Source of the DNA: a virus
DNA: 15,736 nt
IMG/VR virus record: IMGVR_UViG_3300020050_008090
Strand: one strand, 5' to 3'
Every line of letters begins with the position of its first letter. Position 1 is the first letter of the stretch. A program made the translations under genes and the position numbers. This document shows positions 15,127 to 15,736 of the stretch, one piece after another. The notes under the pieces were generated by a model, which saw only the letters and a list, made by a program, of their open reading frames with translations, was not told the origin of the DNA and did no database searches.

Positions 15127-15736
15127 TATTGAAGTATTCCATCCTCACTTTGAATTAAGTTTAGAAGAATATAAGACACGGTGAAAAACTATGTTTTATG
15201 GTTAATCAGTGGAATGATGATAGGTTAGATTTAAAACAATGGTTGAGAAACTATTCAGGATTTATTATTCATTTTAATGGTGTAAAGTATGATATAGCTG
15301 TTCTTGCATATTTAGATATGAAGAACTATTATATTGGACAGTCATGGGATGTATTTTGTAGAGAAGCAAAAAGATTTTCAGATCAACTAATAACAACAGA
15401 AGATGATTTATTTGTATATAAATACACAGATTATCCTGTTTTTAAGAATATCATACAAATTGACACGTATTTATTTTGGGCTAAACTGCTCAGGTTAAGT
15501 ATGAAGATTTCACTTAAATCTTTGGGTATTCAATTGAATTACCCTGTTGTACAAGAATTACCATATCCACCAGATATTCAAGAATTAACTAAAGAGCAAA
15601 TAGATGAAATTCATCATTATTGTTCTGTACATGATTTAGGGATACTAAGATTATTAACACAGGAGTTAGAAGGTAATGATGGTCAAACAACTGTTCCTTT
15701 AGGAGATATTGGTACAATACAATTGAGAAGTCAAAT
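15107..15736 (+). CDS. 3'-5' exonuclease / DNA polymerase N terminus, expressed through a +1 event at CGGT (15179-15182); runs off window
   Basis: Zero frame MKQVLADIEVFHPHFELSLEEYKT then CGG TGA; +1 frame (G)EKLCFMVNQWNDDRLDLKQWLRNYSGFIIHFNGVKYDIAVLAYL...ELTKEQIDEIHHYCSVHDLGILRLL. Exo I 'DIE', Exo II 'FNGVKYD' and Exo III 'YCSVHD' are split between frames. Confidence 0.8.

Noticed and set aside
11638-15182. Frame breaks are assembly or sequencing errors
   Set aside because: Cannot be fully excluded without reads. However, all four are the same event (an extra C before GG), not in long homopolymers, near gene starts, at positions needing Gly, and matched by a UCC-G tRNA loop in the same window.
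1-15736. Alternative genetic code with stop reassignment
   Set aside because: TAA, TAG and TGA all end ORFs at sensible overlaps, so stops behave normally.
1-15736. CRISPR array or large transposon
   Set aside because: No regularly spaced direct repeats, transposase or terminal inverted repeats were seen.

Overview
AT-rich phage-like (probably Bacteroidetes-phage-like; inferred from protein style, not searched) early/replication region. Nearly all genes are on the + strand, are small, and overlap by ATGA/TAATG junctions. Recognisable genes: SPFH/Band-7 protein, GNAT acetyltransferase, SleB-type cell wall hydrolase, SF2 DExH helicase, GIY-YIG/NUMOD homing endonuclease, and the start of a DIE...YxxxD 3'-5' exonuclease/DNA polymerase. 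Three of these (helicase, GIY-YIG, exonuclease) are broken in the supplied ORF track. Each can be restored only by a +1 shift, and every shift falls on an in-frame CGG (4 sites: CGGA, CGGA, CGGA, CGGT). By manual scan, these four are the only in-frame CGG codons in the supported genes. All four lie in the first 25 codons. At the two GIY-YIG sites the restored residue is the invariant glycine of the GIY and YIG motifs. The same window encodes a tRNA with tRNA-Gly features (G1-C72, C2-G71, U73, anticodon UCC) whose anticodon loop reads CUU-UCCG-AA: UCC followed by G37, fully complementary to the quadruplet CGGA. Best hypothesis: a natural four-base (CGGN = Gly) decoding system made of a phage tRNA-Gly(UCCG) plus quadruplet codons near the start of replication and mobile genes. 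A second unusual element, at 38-166, looks like a circularly permuted class-II (Leu-like) tRNA gene: the 3' half precedes the 5' half, with 7/7 acceptor and 5/5 anticodon stem pairing plus a 9-bp flanking helix. Other intergenic gaps hold structured RNAs and isolated T-arm-like hairpins.
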